This document shows positions 18,035 to 27,295 of a DNA stretch of 64,000 bases, in pieces. Within the stretch, counting starts at the first letter, position 1. Every line of letters begins with the position of its first letter. The position numbers and the translations under genes are program-made. The DNA is from Deltaproteobacteria bacterium. GTDB lineage: Bacteria; Desulfobacterota; GWC2-55-46. The DNA lies in NCBI GenBank assembly GCA_019912665.1, contig JAIOIE010000018.1, positions 286,590-350,589 on the forward strand, in the 5' to 3' direction. The notes below the pieces were generated by a model, which saw only the letters and a program-made list of their open reading frames with translations, ran no database searches and had not been told where the DNA came from.

Positions 18035-19969
18035 TTAAGCCTTGGCAGCGGTCGTGTAGTTGAGCGTGCCGCCGGCGAGTATCGTCTCTATCTGCCTCGG
18101 CGAGTAGCCATGCTTGAGCTTGCAGTCCCTGCCCTTGGTGACGTTCCTGAGCGTTACCGTCTCGCCTGAGGTCAGCGCCTGCCGTAGGCCCGGAAGCTCG
18201 AGCTCGTCGCCGTCGGCAATGGAATCATAGTCCGCCGGGTTCTCGAAGGTAAGGGGGAGTATCCCGAAGTTCACGAGGTTGTCCTTGTGGATGCGGGCGA
18301 AGCTCTTGGCGATAATGGCCTTTATCCCGAGGTACATGGGGCAAAGGGCCGCGTGCTCGCGGGACGAACCCTGGCCGTAGTTCTCGCCGCCCAGCACGAA
18401 CCCGCCGCCGGCGGCCTTGGCCTTCTCATGGAACTTGGCGTCTATCTGTGAAAAGACGCTCTCCGAGTACTTGGGCACGTTCGAGCGGTACTTGAGCCAC
18501 GTGCCCGCAGGGGTTATGTGGTCGGTAGTAATGTTGTCGCCGAGCTTTATAAGCACCTTGCCCTTAAGGGATTCCGGGAGCGCGGCCTGCTTGGGGAGCT
18601 CCTTTATGTTCGGTCCCCTCGAGACGGTTACCTTTTCGGGGTCCTTTGCCGGGGGTATTACCATCGAGTCGTCTATGAGGAACTTCGCAGGCATCTTGAC
18701 CTTCGGAAACTTACCGAGCTTTCTCGGGTCGGTTATGACGCCGTATACCGCGGCGGCTACCGCGACCTCGGGGCTGCAGAGATAGACCTTGCCGTCCTTG
18801 GTGCCGGACCTGCCCTCGAAGTTCCTGTTGAAGGTGCGGAGCGATACGCCTCCCGACGGGGGCGACTGGCCGTTCCCGATGCACGGGCCGCAGGTGGCCT
18901 CGAGTATCCTGGCGCCGGACTCGATGAGGTGCGAAAGCCCCTTATTGAGGGCCATCATGTCGAGCACCTGCTTGGAGCCGGGGGATATGGTCATGCTGAC
19001 CTCGGGGTGCACCTTATGCCCGCCCTTGTGAAGGACCTCGGATACGAGCATCAGGTCCCTGTAGGAGGAGTTCGTGCAGCTCCCCACGCAGACCTGGTCC
19101 ACCTTAAGCCCCTCGACCTCGGAGACCTTGCAGACCTGGTCGGGCATGTGGGGCCTTGCTATCATGGGCTCGAGTTTCGAAAGGTTTATCTCTATCACCT
19201 CGTCGTACTTCGCGTCCTCGTCCGCCTTGAGCTCTATCCAGTCCGCTTCCCTGCCCTGCGCGGCGAGGAACTCCCTGGTGACCTCGTCCGAGGGGAAGAC
19301 GGAGCTCGTTGCGCCGAGCTCGGCGCCCATGTTGGTTATTGTGGCCCTCTCGGGGACCGAGAGCGACTTTACGCCCTCTCCGCCGTACTCGATTACTTTG
19401 CCTACCCCGCCCTTCACGGTCATCCTCCGGAGGAGTTCGAGGATTACGTCCTTGGCCGAGACCCAGGGCTTGAGCTTGCCCTTGAGGTCCACCAGGACTA
19501 TCTTGGGATAGGTGAGGCTGAACGGGCCGCCGCCCATAGCGACCGCGACGTCGAGGCCGCCCGCGCCGATGGCAAGCATGCCTATGCCGCCGCCCGTGGG
19601 GGTGTGGCTGTCGGAGCCGAGCATGGTCTTCCCGGGCTTGCCGAACCTTTCGAGATGGACCTGGTGGCAGATGCCGTTACCAGGCTTGGAGAAGTAGATG
19701 CCGAACTTGGAGGCAAGGGTCTGGAGGAACCTGTGGTCGTCGGCGTTCTCGAATCCGCCGTACTGGAGCGTGTTGTGGTCTACGTAGCTCACCGAGAGCT
19801 CAGTTGCGACCCTCGGCACGCCCATGGCCTCGAACTGCAGGTACGCCATGGTGCCGGTAGCGTCCTGGGTAATGGTCTGGTCTATCCTGATGTTTACCTC
19901 TTTGCCCTTGACGGGCTCACCTGTAACCAGGTGGCTGTCAATCAGCTTTTCCGCAACGCTCTTGCCCAC
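18035..19969 (-). CDS. aconitase-family hydratase with fused catalytic and swivel domains
   Basis: 644 aa. Fe-S cluster-binding motifs GSCTNSS, ATCGPCIGNG and GSDSHT, and a C-terminal swivel domain. Perfect AAGGAGGAG SD. Confidence 0.85.
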   Translation of the reverse strand: MGKSVAEKLIDSHLVTGEPVKGKEVNIRIDQTITQDATGTMAYLQFEAMGVPRVATELSVSYVDHNTLQYGGFENADDHRFLQTLASKFGIYFSKPGNGICHQVHLERFGKPGKTMLGSDSHTPTGGGIGMLAIGAGGLDVAVAMGGGPFSLTYPKIVLVDLKGKLKPWVSAKDVILELLRRMTVKGGVGKVIEYGGEGVKSLSVPERATITNMGAELGATSSVFPSDEVTREFLAAQGREADWIELKADEDAKYDEVIEINLSKLEPMIARPHMPDQVCKVSEVEGLKVDQVCVGSCTNSSYRDLMLVSEVLHKGGHKVHPEVSMTISPGSKQVLDMMALNKGLSHLIESGARILEATCGPCIGNGQSPPSGGVSLRTFNRNFEGRSGTKDGKVYLCSPEVAVAAAVYGVITDPRKLGKFPKVKMPAKFLIDDSMVIPPAKDPEKVTVSRGPNIKELPKQAALPESLKGKVLIKLGDNITTDHITPAGTWLKYRSNVPKYSESVFSQIDAKFHEKAKAAGGGFVLGGENYGQGSSREHAALCPMYLGIKAIIAKSFARIHKDNLVNFGILPLTFENPADYDSIADGDELELPGLRQALTSGETVTLRNVTKGRDCKLKHGYSPRQIETILAGGTLNYTTAAKA

Positions 19970-20169
19970 GATTGCTCCTCCTTTTAGGGTATGGAAGACG
20001 ACTTTTTATTATATCTCAAGCGGGTCCTTTATTCCACAAAAACAGGCACTTACGTTTTAGGGAATTTGGAGCAAATGAGGATACACAAATAAGCCCGAAA
20101 AGTCAATCAAAACCAAAGGGAATCAAGGGGAAATAAAGGGCCCGCAAAAGACGCGGCGCGCGCAATTTA

Positions 20170-20199
20170 AAAGGCCTCCCTTTTGAGGGGGAGGCCTTT
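20170..20199 (-). terminator. rho-independent terminator downstream of the MCP gene
   Basis: 11-bp perfect stem AAAGGCCTCCC / GGGAGGCCTTT with an 8-nt loop. On the minus strand it is followed by TTTAAATT. Confidence 0.45.
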
Positions 20200-20226
20200 G
20201 ATAAACCCGGATTTCCGGCTTTGTCC

Positions 20227-22107
20227 TTATTTCACTAGGGCGAGTTTCCTTTTCCGCTCGACCGGCCTCTCCTGGACCGGTGGCGCATCGGGCTTTTCGC
20301 CGTGAGCGGTCTTGAAGAGCGATATCATTTCCTTGAGCCTTGCCGAAAGCTTCGCGAGGTCCACGGCGGCATCGGCCACATGGCCCACGTCGTCCGCCCT
20401 GCTCTTTGCGACCTCGGCCACGGCCTCGATGTCGCGGCTTATCTGGCCGGCGGCGGTGGACTGCTGCTCCGAGGCGGCCGCGATCTGCTGGACCATCACC
20501 GAGACCTGCTCGACCTGTAGGAGTATCTCGTCAAGGGCGACCCCGGCCTCCTTCGCGTAGCCGGACGCTTCCTCAACGGCCCTGACTTCCTTGTCGGTGC
20601 TCTCTATGGCCTTCTTCGTGTCTTCCTGAATAGCCTTTATCATGAAGCTTATTTCCTTGGTGGCAAGGGTAGTCCTTTCCGCGAGCTTCTTGACCTCGTC
20701 CGCGACCACGGCAAAGCCCCTGCCCTGCTCGCCCGCCCTCGCGGCCTCGATGGCGGCATTGAGCGCAAGGAGGTTGGTCTGGTCGGCGATGTCGTTGATG
20801 ACCCCGACTATCTTCCCGATCTCGGCGGAGCGGCTTCCGAGCTTGGATATGGTCTCCGATGATTCGTTCACTATCGGCACAATGGAGCTCATGCCGTTTA
20901 TGGAATGGGCCACTATGTCCGCGCCCATCCTCGCCGCGCTGCTGGCCTTCTTCGCGGCCTCGGCCGCGCCGTGCGTGTTGCCGGCGACCTCGTTTATGGT
21001 GGCCGAGAGCTCTTCGGATGCGGTAGCGACCTGCGCGGTTTTTGCCTTCTGGGCATCCGTGCCGTTAACTATCTGTGTCGACGAGGCAGAGAGCTCCTCG
21101 GAAGTGACGGCCATCTTGACGGTCGCGTCCTGTATCTCGCCGATCATCCCGTTGAACCTGTCGACGAACGAGTTGAAGCCGCGGGCGAGCTTGCCCATCT
21201 CGTCCTCGCTCTCGACCTTGAGCTTGGTGGAGAAGTCGCCGCCGGATATCCTGTTGAAACCGGCAAGGAGCGACCTCACGTTCCTTATGACGAAAACGGA
21301 CATGAAGAACGAGAGGATGCCGAGTATTATGGCGAGCCTGACGGCTCCGACCCCGGCGGTCTTCAAGTTGTTCGCGACTATGTCCTTCTGTATGTCGGCT
21401 ATCGAGAACTCCATGCTTATCGCGCCGAGGACGTCGCCCTCCTTGGCCATCTTGTGGCAGCCGCTCGTGGTCGAGCAGGTTTTCTGAGCTATGTAGGGGA
21501 TAAGGACCCTCCCTTTGTCGCCGGCAAAATGGTATATGGGCTGGCCTGTCGCGAGCACTTCCCTGTCGAGGTCGTCTTTGGGGACCTCCCTCGGGTCGGT
21601 CTCGCGCACGATCCTGGCCTTTGTTATCTTATCCTCGGAGTCGGCGATGTAGCCCTTTATGTCCTCTATCTCCTCTTTTATCTCGGCCCTTTCATCGGGA
21701 TCCCTCGTGGCCTTCAGGTCGCCCTCAAGTCGCGCGATGTCGTCCTTGTAGGCATTGATGGCCTCCATCTCCCTGGGGATGAGCTCCTGCTCGTTTATAA
21801 GCCTAAAGCCCTCGTCGACCTTGGGGCCCCTTATTATCCTCACGTGCTCGACGCCGCTTATCTCCTTGGACATGGCGTCCAGCATGGAGAAGCGGATGTC
21901 CATCTTGTCCTCGCGCATGAGAGTGTTGAGGGTCGTCCTCACGTTCTCGGCGAATACGAAGGTCCACTTCTTGATGTCCTTGTACATTATGTCCTTTTCC
22001 TTTTTCGTGCTGAACCACACGTCAAAGGCCGTAAGGACCACAAGGGCGGCGCCTATGGTTATCATTACCTTCGCGCCAAGGCTCAAATTCCGGAATTTTT
22101 TCTTCAT
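20227..22107 (-). CDS. methyl-accepting chemotaxis protein (TM1, ~220-aa periplasmic domain, TM2, HAMP, MCP signalling domain)
   Basis: Highly conserved signalling motif [34 protein letters not shown], plus HAMP. Periplasmic domain contains CSTTSGCH (CX5CH). Confidence 0.85.
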   Translation of the reverse strand: MKKKFRNLSLGAKVMITIGAALVVLTAFDVWFSTKKEKDIMYKDIKKWTFVFAENVRTTLNTLMREDKMDIRFSMLDAMSKEISGVEHVRIIRGPKVDEGFRLINEQELIPREMEAINAYKDDIARLEGDLKATRDPDERAEIKEEIEDIKGYIADSEDKITKARIVRETDPREVPKDDLDREVLATGQPIYHFAGDKGRVLIPYIAQKTCSTTSGCHKMAKEGDVLGAISMEFSIADIQKDIVANNLKTAGVGAVRLAIILGILSFFMSVFVIRNVRSLLAGFNRISGGDFSTKLKVESEDEMGKLARGFNSFVDRFNGMIGEIQDATVKMAVTSEELSASSTQIVNGTDAQKAKTAQVATASEELSATINEVAGNTHGAAEAAKKASSAARMGADIVAHSINGMSSIVPIVNESSETISKLGSRSAEIGKIVGVINDIADQTNLLALNAAIEAARAGEQGRGFAVVADEVKKLAERTTLATKEISFMIKAIQEDTKKAIESTDKEVRAVEEASGYAKEAGVALDEILLQVEQVSVMVQQIAAASEQQSTAAGQISRDIEAVAEVAKSRADDVGHVADAAVDLAKLSARLKEMISLFKTAHGEKPDAPPVQERPVERKRKLALVK

Positions 22108-22121
22108 CGATCTCCCCGGAC

Positions 22122-22712
22122 TCAGTGGTTACCCTCGAGCGGGTAATATGTATGGAAGGCCCGGTTGTTCTTCAGAGCCTCCTGCACGTTGAAATTATCG
22201 TTCCTGAATGGGTTGTCCTTGTGTTTGTGGCACGAGTTGCAGACCTCGGGGTCGAGCGAGCCGTAGAGCTGTCCTGCCGCCATCGACTCCGCCCTGGTGA
22301 ATTTCGTGGTCTTCTCCTTGTGAAGCGCCCTGTATTCGCTTCCGGGGCCGTGGCACATCTCGCAGCCGACTCCGGACATCTTCGGGGTTGAGGCCGTATT
22401 CGCGAAGCCGCCGTCCTTTTCGTAGCCTGTGGTATGGCATTTCAGGCATTTGGCTTCGTTCCCGTAATCCTTGTCCGGCTCCAGCCCCGCGCCCTTCTTC
22501 TTCGAGGCCTTCTTCCCCGACTGCAGGAGGTCTACCGCTTTCGAGTGGACGCTCCGCTCCCAGTCGGCGATTTCGGACTTATGGCACTTGCACCCGTCGA
22601 CGCCCACGTACTTCGGCGCGGCCTCCGCGCCCGATGCCGAAAGAGTCAATACAAACGCCGCTGATACCACCATGCCCCAGAACTTCATCTGAATCGTGCT
22701 CCTTTCAGTCAT
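22122..22712 (-). CDS. periplasmic multiheme c-type cytochrome (3 CXXCH plus 1 atypical CKCH)
   Basis: 196 aa. N-terminal signal/anchor segment. CLKCH, CEMCH, CNSCH plus CKCH. Starts 14 nt upstream of the MCP gene. Confidence 0.75.
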   Translation of the reverse strand: MTERSTIQMKFWGMVVSAAFVLTLSASGAEAAPKYVGVDGCKCHKSEIADWERSVHSKAVDLLQSGKKASKKKGAGLEPDKDYGNEAKCLKCHTTGYEKDGGFANTASTPKMSGVGCEMCHGPGSEYRALHKEKTTKFTRAESMAAGQLYGSLDPEVCNSCHKHKDNPFRNDNFNVQEALKNNRAFHTYYPLEGNH

Positions 22713-22760
22713 TATTCTTGCTTGCTTTCCTTAAAGAACTTGCATCGTATTGCCTGGTCG

Positions 22761-23747
22761 TCAGTTGCCGAAACGATATGTAAGGAACACGGTTGCCTGG
22801 TGCGCCTCGTAGTCCTGGATCGGTCCGCTAAGGGTGATGACGTTGGGTATGGTAGCCGAACCCGGCTCGACGACGTCGGTCTGCCAGTCGTCCGACCTGT
22901 AGTTCTCGTATCTGTACCCTGCGCCGAGGCTCAGGTTCCTGTCGATATTGTACGTGCCTGTAAGGGCCGCGGAGTGGAGCCTTGTGACCAGGTCGGGCAT
23001 GGACGGGCGGCCAGGCAGGAATGTCAGCCTTGCCGTGCTTTCCGAGAAGGAATAATCCGTCTTGAATACGAGCCTGTTCTCCAGAAATCCGATATTTACC
23101 CCCATGCCTGCCGTGTCAATGTCCTCGTCATGGTTTACGGCCCAATCCACGCTGGCGTTCGTCCTGCCGACCTGGCCCGTGTCTATGCGCTCCCTTGTAT
23201 AGAAGGCGTAAAAAGCCGCCTCCCTGACAGGTGCCCAGTTCGCGTCAACAGTATAGGAGTTGCCCTTCCTCGTCTGGAGGCCCAGGGCCGAGTTGTCAAA
23301 ATCATCCTGGTAGTACGTAGCCGCCACTGAAAAGGCGAGGGCCTCGGAAGGCAAATAGGAAGCGCTTGCGTTCACCTTCGTCCTGTCGCGGTCCGCAAGG
23401 TCGATTTGAAGGACGGTGTCCCCCTCCTCGGCCCTTCTTTCGGAATAGGCCGCGTTCAGGCCGAGCGAGAGGTTTCCGAAATACCCGCTCTGCACCCCTG
23501 CCCTCACGGTCCTCTCTCTCGTCTTCTCCGCATCCCTGTGTGACCTCTTTATGACCTCCTTGTCGTATCCGGCTTTGAGTGTGGTCGCGCCGGAGAGGAA
23601 GTATGAGCCATCGATGCTATAGGTGTTGGAAGTGTAATCGAAAGGCTCGCTGGTTAAGGTGGTCGTGGTCACGGTATTGTCGTTACGGAGATATGTAAAG
23701 CTTTCCTCGGGCGTCCTGTTGTCAGTCGAGTAGTACCTGTATCTCAT
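22761..23747 (-). CDS. MtrB/PioB-like outer-membrane beta-barrel, C-terminal portion (downstream of apparent frameshift)
   Basis: 328 aa rich in alternating Y/S/T/G/N beta-strand patterns. In frame only from 23747 because of a TAG just upstream. Confidence 0.5.
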   Translation of the reverse strand: MRYRYYSTDNRTPEESFTYLRNDNTVTTTTLTSEPFDYTSNTYSIDGSYFLSGATTLKAGYDKEVIKRSHRDAEKTRERTVRAGVQSGYFGNLSLGLNAAYSERRAEEGDTVLQIDLADRDRTKVNASASYLPSEALAFSVAATYYQDDFDNSALGLQTRKGNSYTVDANWAPVREAAFYAFYTRERIDTGQVGRTNASVDWAVNHDEDIDTAGMGVNIGFLENRLVFKTDYSFSESTARLTFLPGRPSMPDLVTRLHSAALTGTYNIDRNLSLGAGYRYENYRSDDWQTDVVEPGSATIPNVITLSGPIQDYEAHQATVFLTYRFGN

Positions 23748-24783
23748 GCCCTAGTCTGGGCGTAGGCCTTGTCGCCGCGTTAAAGACCAGCGTCTTGGTC
23801 CTTATCTCGGCCTCGGCGCTCTCCCTGGGCGGAATATTGGCCGGGTCGTTCTCGGGTAGGTTGACCGAGAATGGCAATAGCTTCTCATCCTGCTCCATCA
23901 TCCCGTACTCGGCGAGGAAGTTGACCCTCGTCGAATAGAACGGAAGGGCCGTGCCGCCCGACAAGCTGAACCTCTGATGCCTGTTGTCCGGTGGCAGGGA
24001 TATCCTGGCCGTGTCTACAGTGGTGAACGGACTTTCCCACGTAAGTGATTCGATGCTGTTGTCGAAATCTGAAAGAAGGTAGTCGAACCTGACATATGAT
24101 GTCTCCTTCTGCCAGTCCAGACCTGCCTTCAGCTCGTCCATCCTGTAATCGACAGGCTCCGGCAGGACTACTCCTCTTGCGCTGGTGGGGCTGCCGGACG
24201 TTCCGACCGTTCCGCCGATTGATTTCAGGCCCTCCTTGTCCTCTCTGGAAACCGCAAGCGAGTAGCCGAACCCGCTCCTTAGCCTCTCGGAGAAGCCCAA
24301 TGCCGCCTTCTTCCTCTTGAGCTCCAGCCTTACGTCCTTGAGGTTATCTCCGATATTGGTCAAGGCGGTCGTGTTCGCGCCCCTTACAAAGCCCGCGGGC
24401 AGCGTCAGATTCGAGCTGCCAACGCCTTCGAAGATCGTCCTGCTGTTGTTGGATATGAGCTTGGGGGTCTGGCTGAAGGATATGAACGAATCGAACCTGT
24501 TGAACTGCCCGCCCCTCAAGAGCAATTCCCTGCTGTCGAGCCCGACGTCCCTGGCCGCGAACTGGAGGTAATAGGGCCCGCTGTAGCGCCTGATATTCGC
24601 GCTACCCAGGAGATACGCGCCGTCCTTTGCAAGCCCGGTGTACTCGCCGAACTTGTAGGACTCGTTGTCGATATCCAGGATACCGACCCCGATTGAAGCC
24701 GAACCGGCAAGCTCGGCCCCGCCGGAATCGGCAGGCGACGCGAGCAGGGCGGCTACTGCGGCAATATAAAGTAATCTTCTCAT
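23722..24783 (-). CDS. MtrB/PioB-like outer-membrane beta-barrel, N-terminal portion with signal peptide
   Basis: 353 aa. Signal peptide MRRLLYIAAVAALLASPADS, then beta-rich sequence. Overlaps the downstream segment by 26 nt in a different frame. Confidence 0.5.
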   Translation of the reverse strand: MRRLLYIAAVAALLASPADSGGAELAGSASIGVGILDIDNESYKFGEYTGLAKDGAYLLGSANIRRYSGPYYLQFAARDVGLDSRELLLRGGQFNRFDSFISFSQTPKLISNNSRTIFEGVGSSNLTLPAGFVRGANTTALTNIGDNLKDVRLELKRKKAALGFSERLRSGFGYSLAVSREDKEGLKSIGGTVGTSGSPTSARGVVLPEPVDYRMDELKAGLDWQKETSYVRFDYLLSDFDNSIESLTWESPFTTVDTARISLPPDNRHQRFSLSGGTALPFYSTRVNFLAEYGMMEQDEKLLPFSVNLPENDPANIPPRESAEAEIRTKTLVFNAATRPTPRLGHEIQVLLD

Positions 24784-24809
24784 CTCAGGCCTTTTTCCTC
24801 CAGCTTCGG

Positions 24810-25685
24810 TTACCTCTGGAACCTTGCTCCAGAAGGATGATTAGAGCCGTGCACCTGGCTGTGGCAGTTAAGGCACCCTTTTCCGGCAAGCTGTTGCGCT
24901 GTCAGATTGCCGCCATCATACCTGTTCCGCGGATGACTGCCTAAAGTGGTGTGGCACGTCTGGCAAAGATATGGGTTCTTTATCTTGAGTAGCGATTCGA
25001 AGTTCGAGCCGTGCGGGTCGTGGCAGTTCGCGCAGTTCTCCCTTACCGGCGGGTGCTCCCAGACAAGGGGGCCCCTCTTTTCCTGGTGGCAGGCATAACA
25101 GTTCTCGTTGACTGACGCCTGCCTCAAGGCGCTCGGCCCGGGTCCGCCGTGCGGGTTATGGCAGTTGCTGCATACCATCTTCCCTTCCCGGAGCGGCATG
25201 TGCGAGGACCTCTGGAGCTGTGCCCTCCTCTCCTGGTGGCAAGCGAAGCATACGTCCATTGCGGGCCTCGCCTCCTCTGCGTGTATCTTGTGGCAGCCCG
25301 CGCAATTCATGCCCGAGAGCTCGTGGCGGCTCCCTTTCCAGAAGCCCCTTTCAGCGTTGTCGTGGCAGGCGAGACACCTTGCGTTCGCATCACCCGGAAG
25401 CCCTTTTCCGGGCCTGAAGTTCTGAATCCGCAGGTCAAGGTCTTCCCTGTCCACGGCGTCTATATGCTCCGCGCCGGGGCCGTGGCAGGCCTCGCAGCCC
25501 CTGGCCTGGAGCTCGCCATTGGGGGCCGAGGTAAATACCCTCCCATGCCTGTCCTTCGCGTATTCCGCCTTTATCTCCTTGTGGCAGGCAAAGCATTCCC
25601 TTTCGCCGACATATCCGCTGCTGTCCGCGGCGTATGCCGGAGATATGACGAGAAATAAGAGAACGACATAAAAGGACCTGAGCAT
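24810..25685 (-). CDS. periplasmic decaheme c-type cytochrome (MtrA/DmsE/PioA/MtoA family)
   Basis: 291 aa from MLRSFYVVLLFLVISPAYA signal peptide. Ten CXXCH motifs: CFACH, CEACH, CLACH, CAGCH, CFACH, CSNCH, CYACH, CANCH, CQTCH, CLNCH. GGGGGAG SD. The ORF-track start at 25994 is a spurious upstream extension. Confidence 0.8.
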   Translation of the reverse strand: MLRSFYVVLLFLVISPAYAADSSGYVGERECFACHKEIKAEYAKDRHGRVFTSAPNGELQARGCEACHGPGAEHIDAVDREDLDLRIQNFRPGKGLPGDANARCLACHDNAERGFWKGSRHELSGMNCAGCHKIHAEEARPAMDVCFACHQERRAQLQRSSHMPLREGKMVCSNCHNPHGGPGPSALRQASVNENCYACHQEKRGPLVWEHPPVRENCANCHDPHGSNFESLLKIKNPYLCQTCHTTLGSHPRNRYDGGNLTAQQLAGKGCLNCHSQVHGSNHPSGARFQR

Positions 25686-25857
25686 GACACTCCCCCTGAA
25701 GCTGTTTCTTTCCTTGTTTATCGTCCGGCGGCCTGGAAACTTTATTTTTTTTCGCCGGAAGACGCATTTTCCCCTGATTTGACAATTAGATAACATATGT
25801 TTAAATCGAATTAGAAAGGTATTTATCCTTAAATCCCCAGGCAAGAGAGAGGGGCAT

Positions 25858-26238
25858 ATGGAGTACTCAAGGTTCATAAACGAGATAAAAAAATTCGATT
25901 TCATCGGAAACGAAGGGCGGGCCGACGCCCTCATAAAGGCGGTCCTCGGCATACTCGCAAGCTCGATGGACGACGATACGGCGCGGAAATTCACCGAAAG
26001 GCTCCCGGAGCCGCTTACGTTCGAAAAGCTCCGGGGCCATCAGGCGAGGCCCGTGGAAATCACCATAGAGGAGTTCTTCTCCGAGATAGGCGCGCAGTTC
26101 AGGATAAACCCTGAGCAGGCGAAAACAGCCGTGGACGCTGTCTTCCACCTTGTAAAAGAAGCGGTGGGAGCCCATACGCTCTCGGAAGCGGAATACTCCA
26201 TGCCTCCGGACGTGGCCGAGGAAATAGAGGCGGCCTGA
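25858..26238 (+). CDS. DUF2267 domain protein
   Basis: 126 aa. I call it from my recollection of the DUF2267 small-protein family (MEYSRFINEI...ADALIKAVLGILASSM...EEFFSEI). Consensus-like promoter TTGACA-17-TAAATC upstream. Confidence 0.55.
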   Translation: MEYSRFINEIKKFDFIGNEGRADALIKAVLGILASSMDDDTARKFTERLPEPLTFEKLRGHQARPVEITIEEFFSEIGAQFRINPEQAKTAVDAVFHLVKEAVGAHTLSEAEYSMPPDVAEEIEAA

Positions 26239-26284
26239 GCGCCCTCCTCCCGCCCCCTGAGCGCCTTTTGACCGGCGAATCCCC

Positions 26285-27292
26285 ATGAAGATTATCTTCT
26301 TTGAGACAGGGCCGTGGGAGGAGAAGGCGCTTAAAAGGCTTTCCGGGCATGAGGTCGTGTTCAGCGCCGAGCCGCTTACCTCCGAAAACGCCGGACTCGC
26401 TTCGGGCTCCGAGGTCGTCTCCGCGTCCATCTATTCGGATCTCAGGGCCGGGGTGCTGGAAAAACTCGGCCGCCTAGGTCTGGTTGCCGTCCGCTCGGCC
26501 GGGTATGACAACGTCGACGTTGACTATTGCCTCAGGCGGGGCATCGTAGTCTCCCGCATACCCGAGTACGGCGGTAACACGGTCGCGGAGTTCACGCTCG
26601 CGCTCATGCTGGCTGCGAGCCGGAAGGTGGTCCGGGCTGCTGCCAGGGCCAGAGAGGGGGATTTTTCGCTCGAAGGCCTGAACGGGTTCGACCTTGCCGG
26701 GCGCGTGCTGGGCGTCATAGGGACCGGGAGGATTGGCAGGCAGGTAATAAAATACGCCGGGTGTATCGGCATGGAGGCGGTCGCATTCAGCAGGACGCGG
26801 TATGCGGACCTGGAAAAGGAGCTCGGCTTCAGGTATACAGGTTTTCGCGAGCTTTTGTCCCTCTCGGACATAATCTCGCTTCATGTGCCGGCGACTTCCC
26901 AGACCCGGGGTATGCTCTCGGATGACCAGTTCGCGGCAATGAAGAAAGGCGTGGTGCTCGTAAACACATCGAGGGGTGAAATAGTGGATACGAAAGCGCT
27001 TCTTCGCGCCCTCGAATCAGGGAAGGTCTCGGCAGCGGCTCTCGACGTGCTCCCCCGCGAAAAGACCCTCCGGAGCGAGACCGAGCTCTTACGCGCCGCA
27101 TGCGAGGGGTGCGAAGACCCCGAGGGGCTCCTGGCGGCACAGGCGCTCCTTCGCCACAGGAACGTGATCGCCACCCCGCATATCGCTTTCTTCACGGACG
27201 AGGCAATTAGGCGCGCCCTGGAGGTCACTATCGAGAACATAACCTCCTTTATAAAAGGGAAGCCCATCAACTCGGTAACCCGGGCCGCTTGA
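26285..27292 (+). CDS. D-isomer-specific 2-hydroxyacid dehydrogenase family protein
   Basis: NAD-binding GVIGTGRIGRQV. Catalytic R/E/H arrangement typical of D-2-HADH. Confidence 0.85.
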   Translation: MKIIFFETGPWEEKALKRLSGHEVVFSAEPLTSENAGLASGSEVVSASIYSDLRAGVLEKLGRLGLVAVRSAGYDNVDVDYCLRRGIVVSRIPEYGGNTVAEFTLALMLAASRKVVRAAARAREGDFSLEGLNGFDLAGRVLGVIGTGRIGRQVIKYAGCIGMEAVAFSRTRYADLEKELGFRYTGFRELLSLSDIISLHVPATSQTRGMLSDDQFAAMKKGVVLVNTSRGEIVDTKALLRALESGKVSAAALDVLPREKTLRSETELLRAACEGCEDPEGLLAAQALLRHRNVIATPHIAFFTDEAIRRALEVTIENITSFIKGKPINSVTRAA

Positions 27293-27295
27293 CCC

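Noticed and set aside
18518-19987. 489-aa plus-strand ORF across the aconitase gene
   Set aside because: Antisense shadow of the aconitase-family gene. Arg/Gly/Leu-rich translation without motifs.
20905-22146. 413-aa plus-strand ORF across the MCP gene
   Set aside because: Antisense to the MCP, whose signalling motif is unambiguous. Shadow ORF.
24810-25994. 394-aa version of the decaheme cytochrome ORF
   Set aside because: The first 103 residues have no signal peptide and no heme motifs. The internal Met at 25685 is followed by a textbook signal peptide and is preceded by a GGGGGAG SD.
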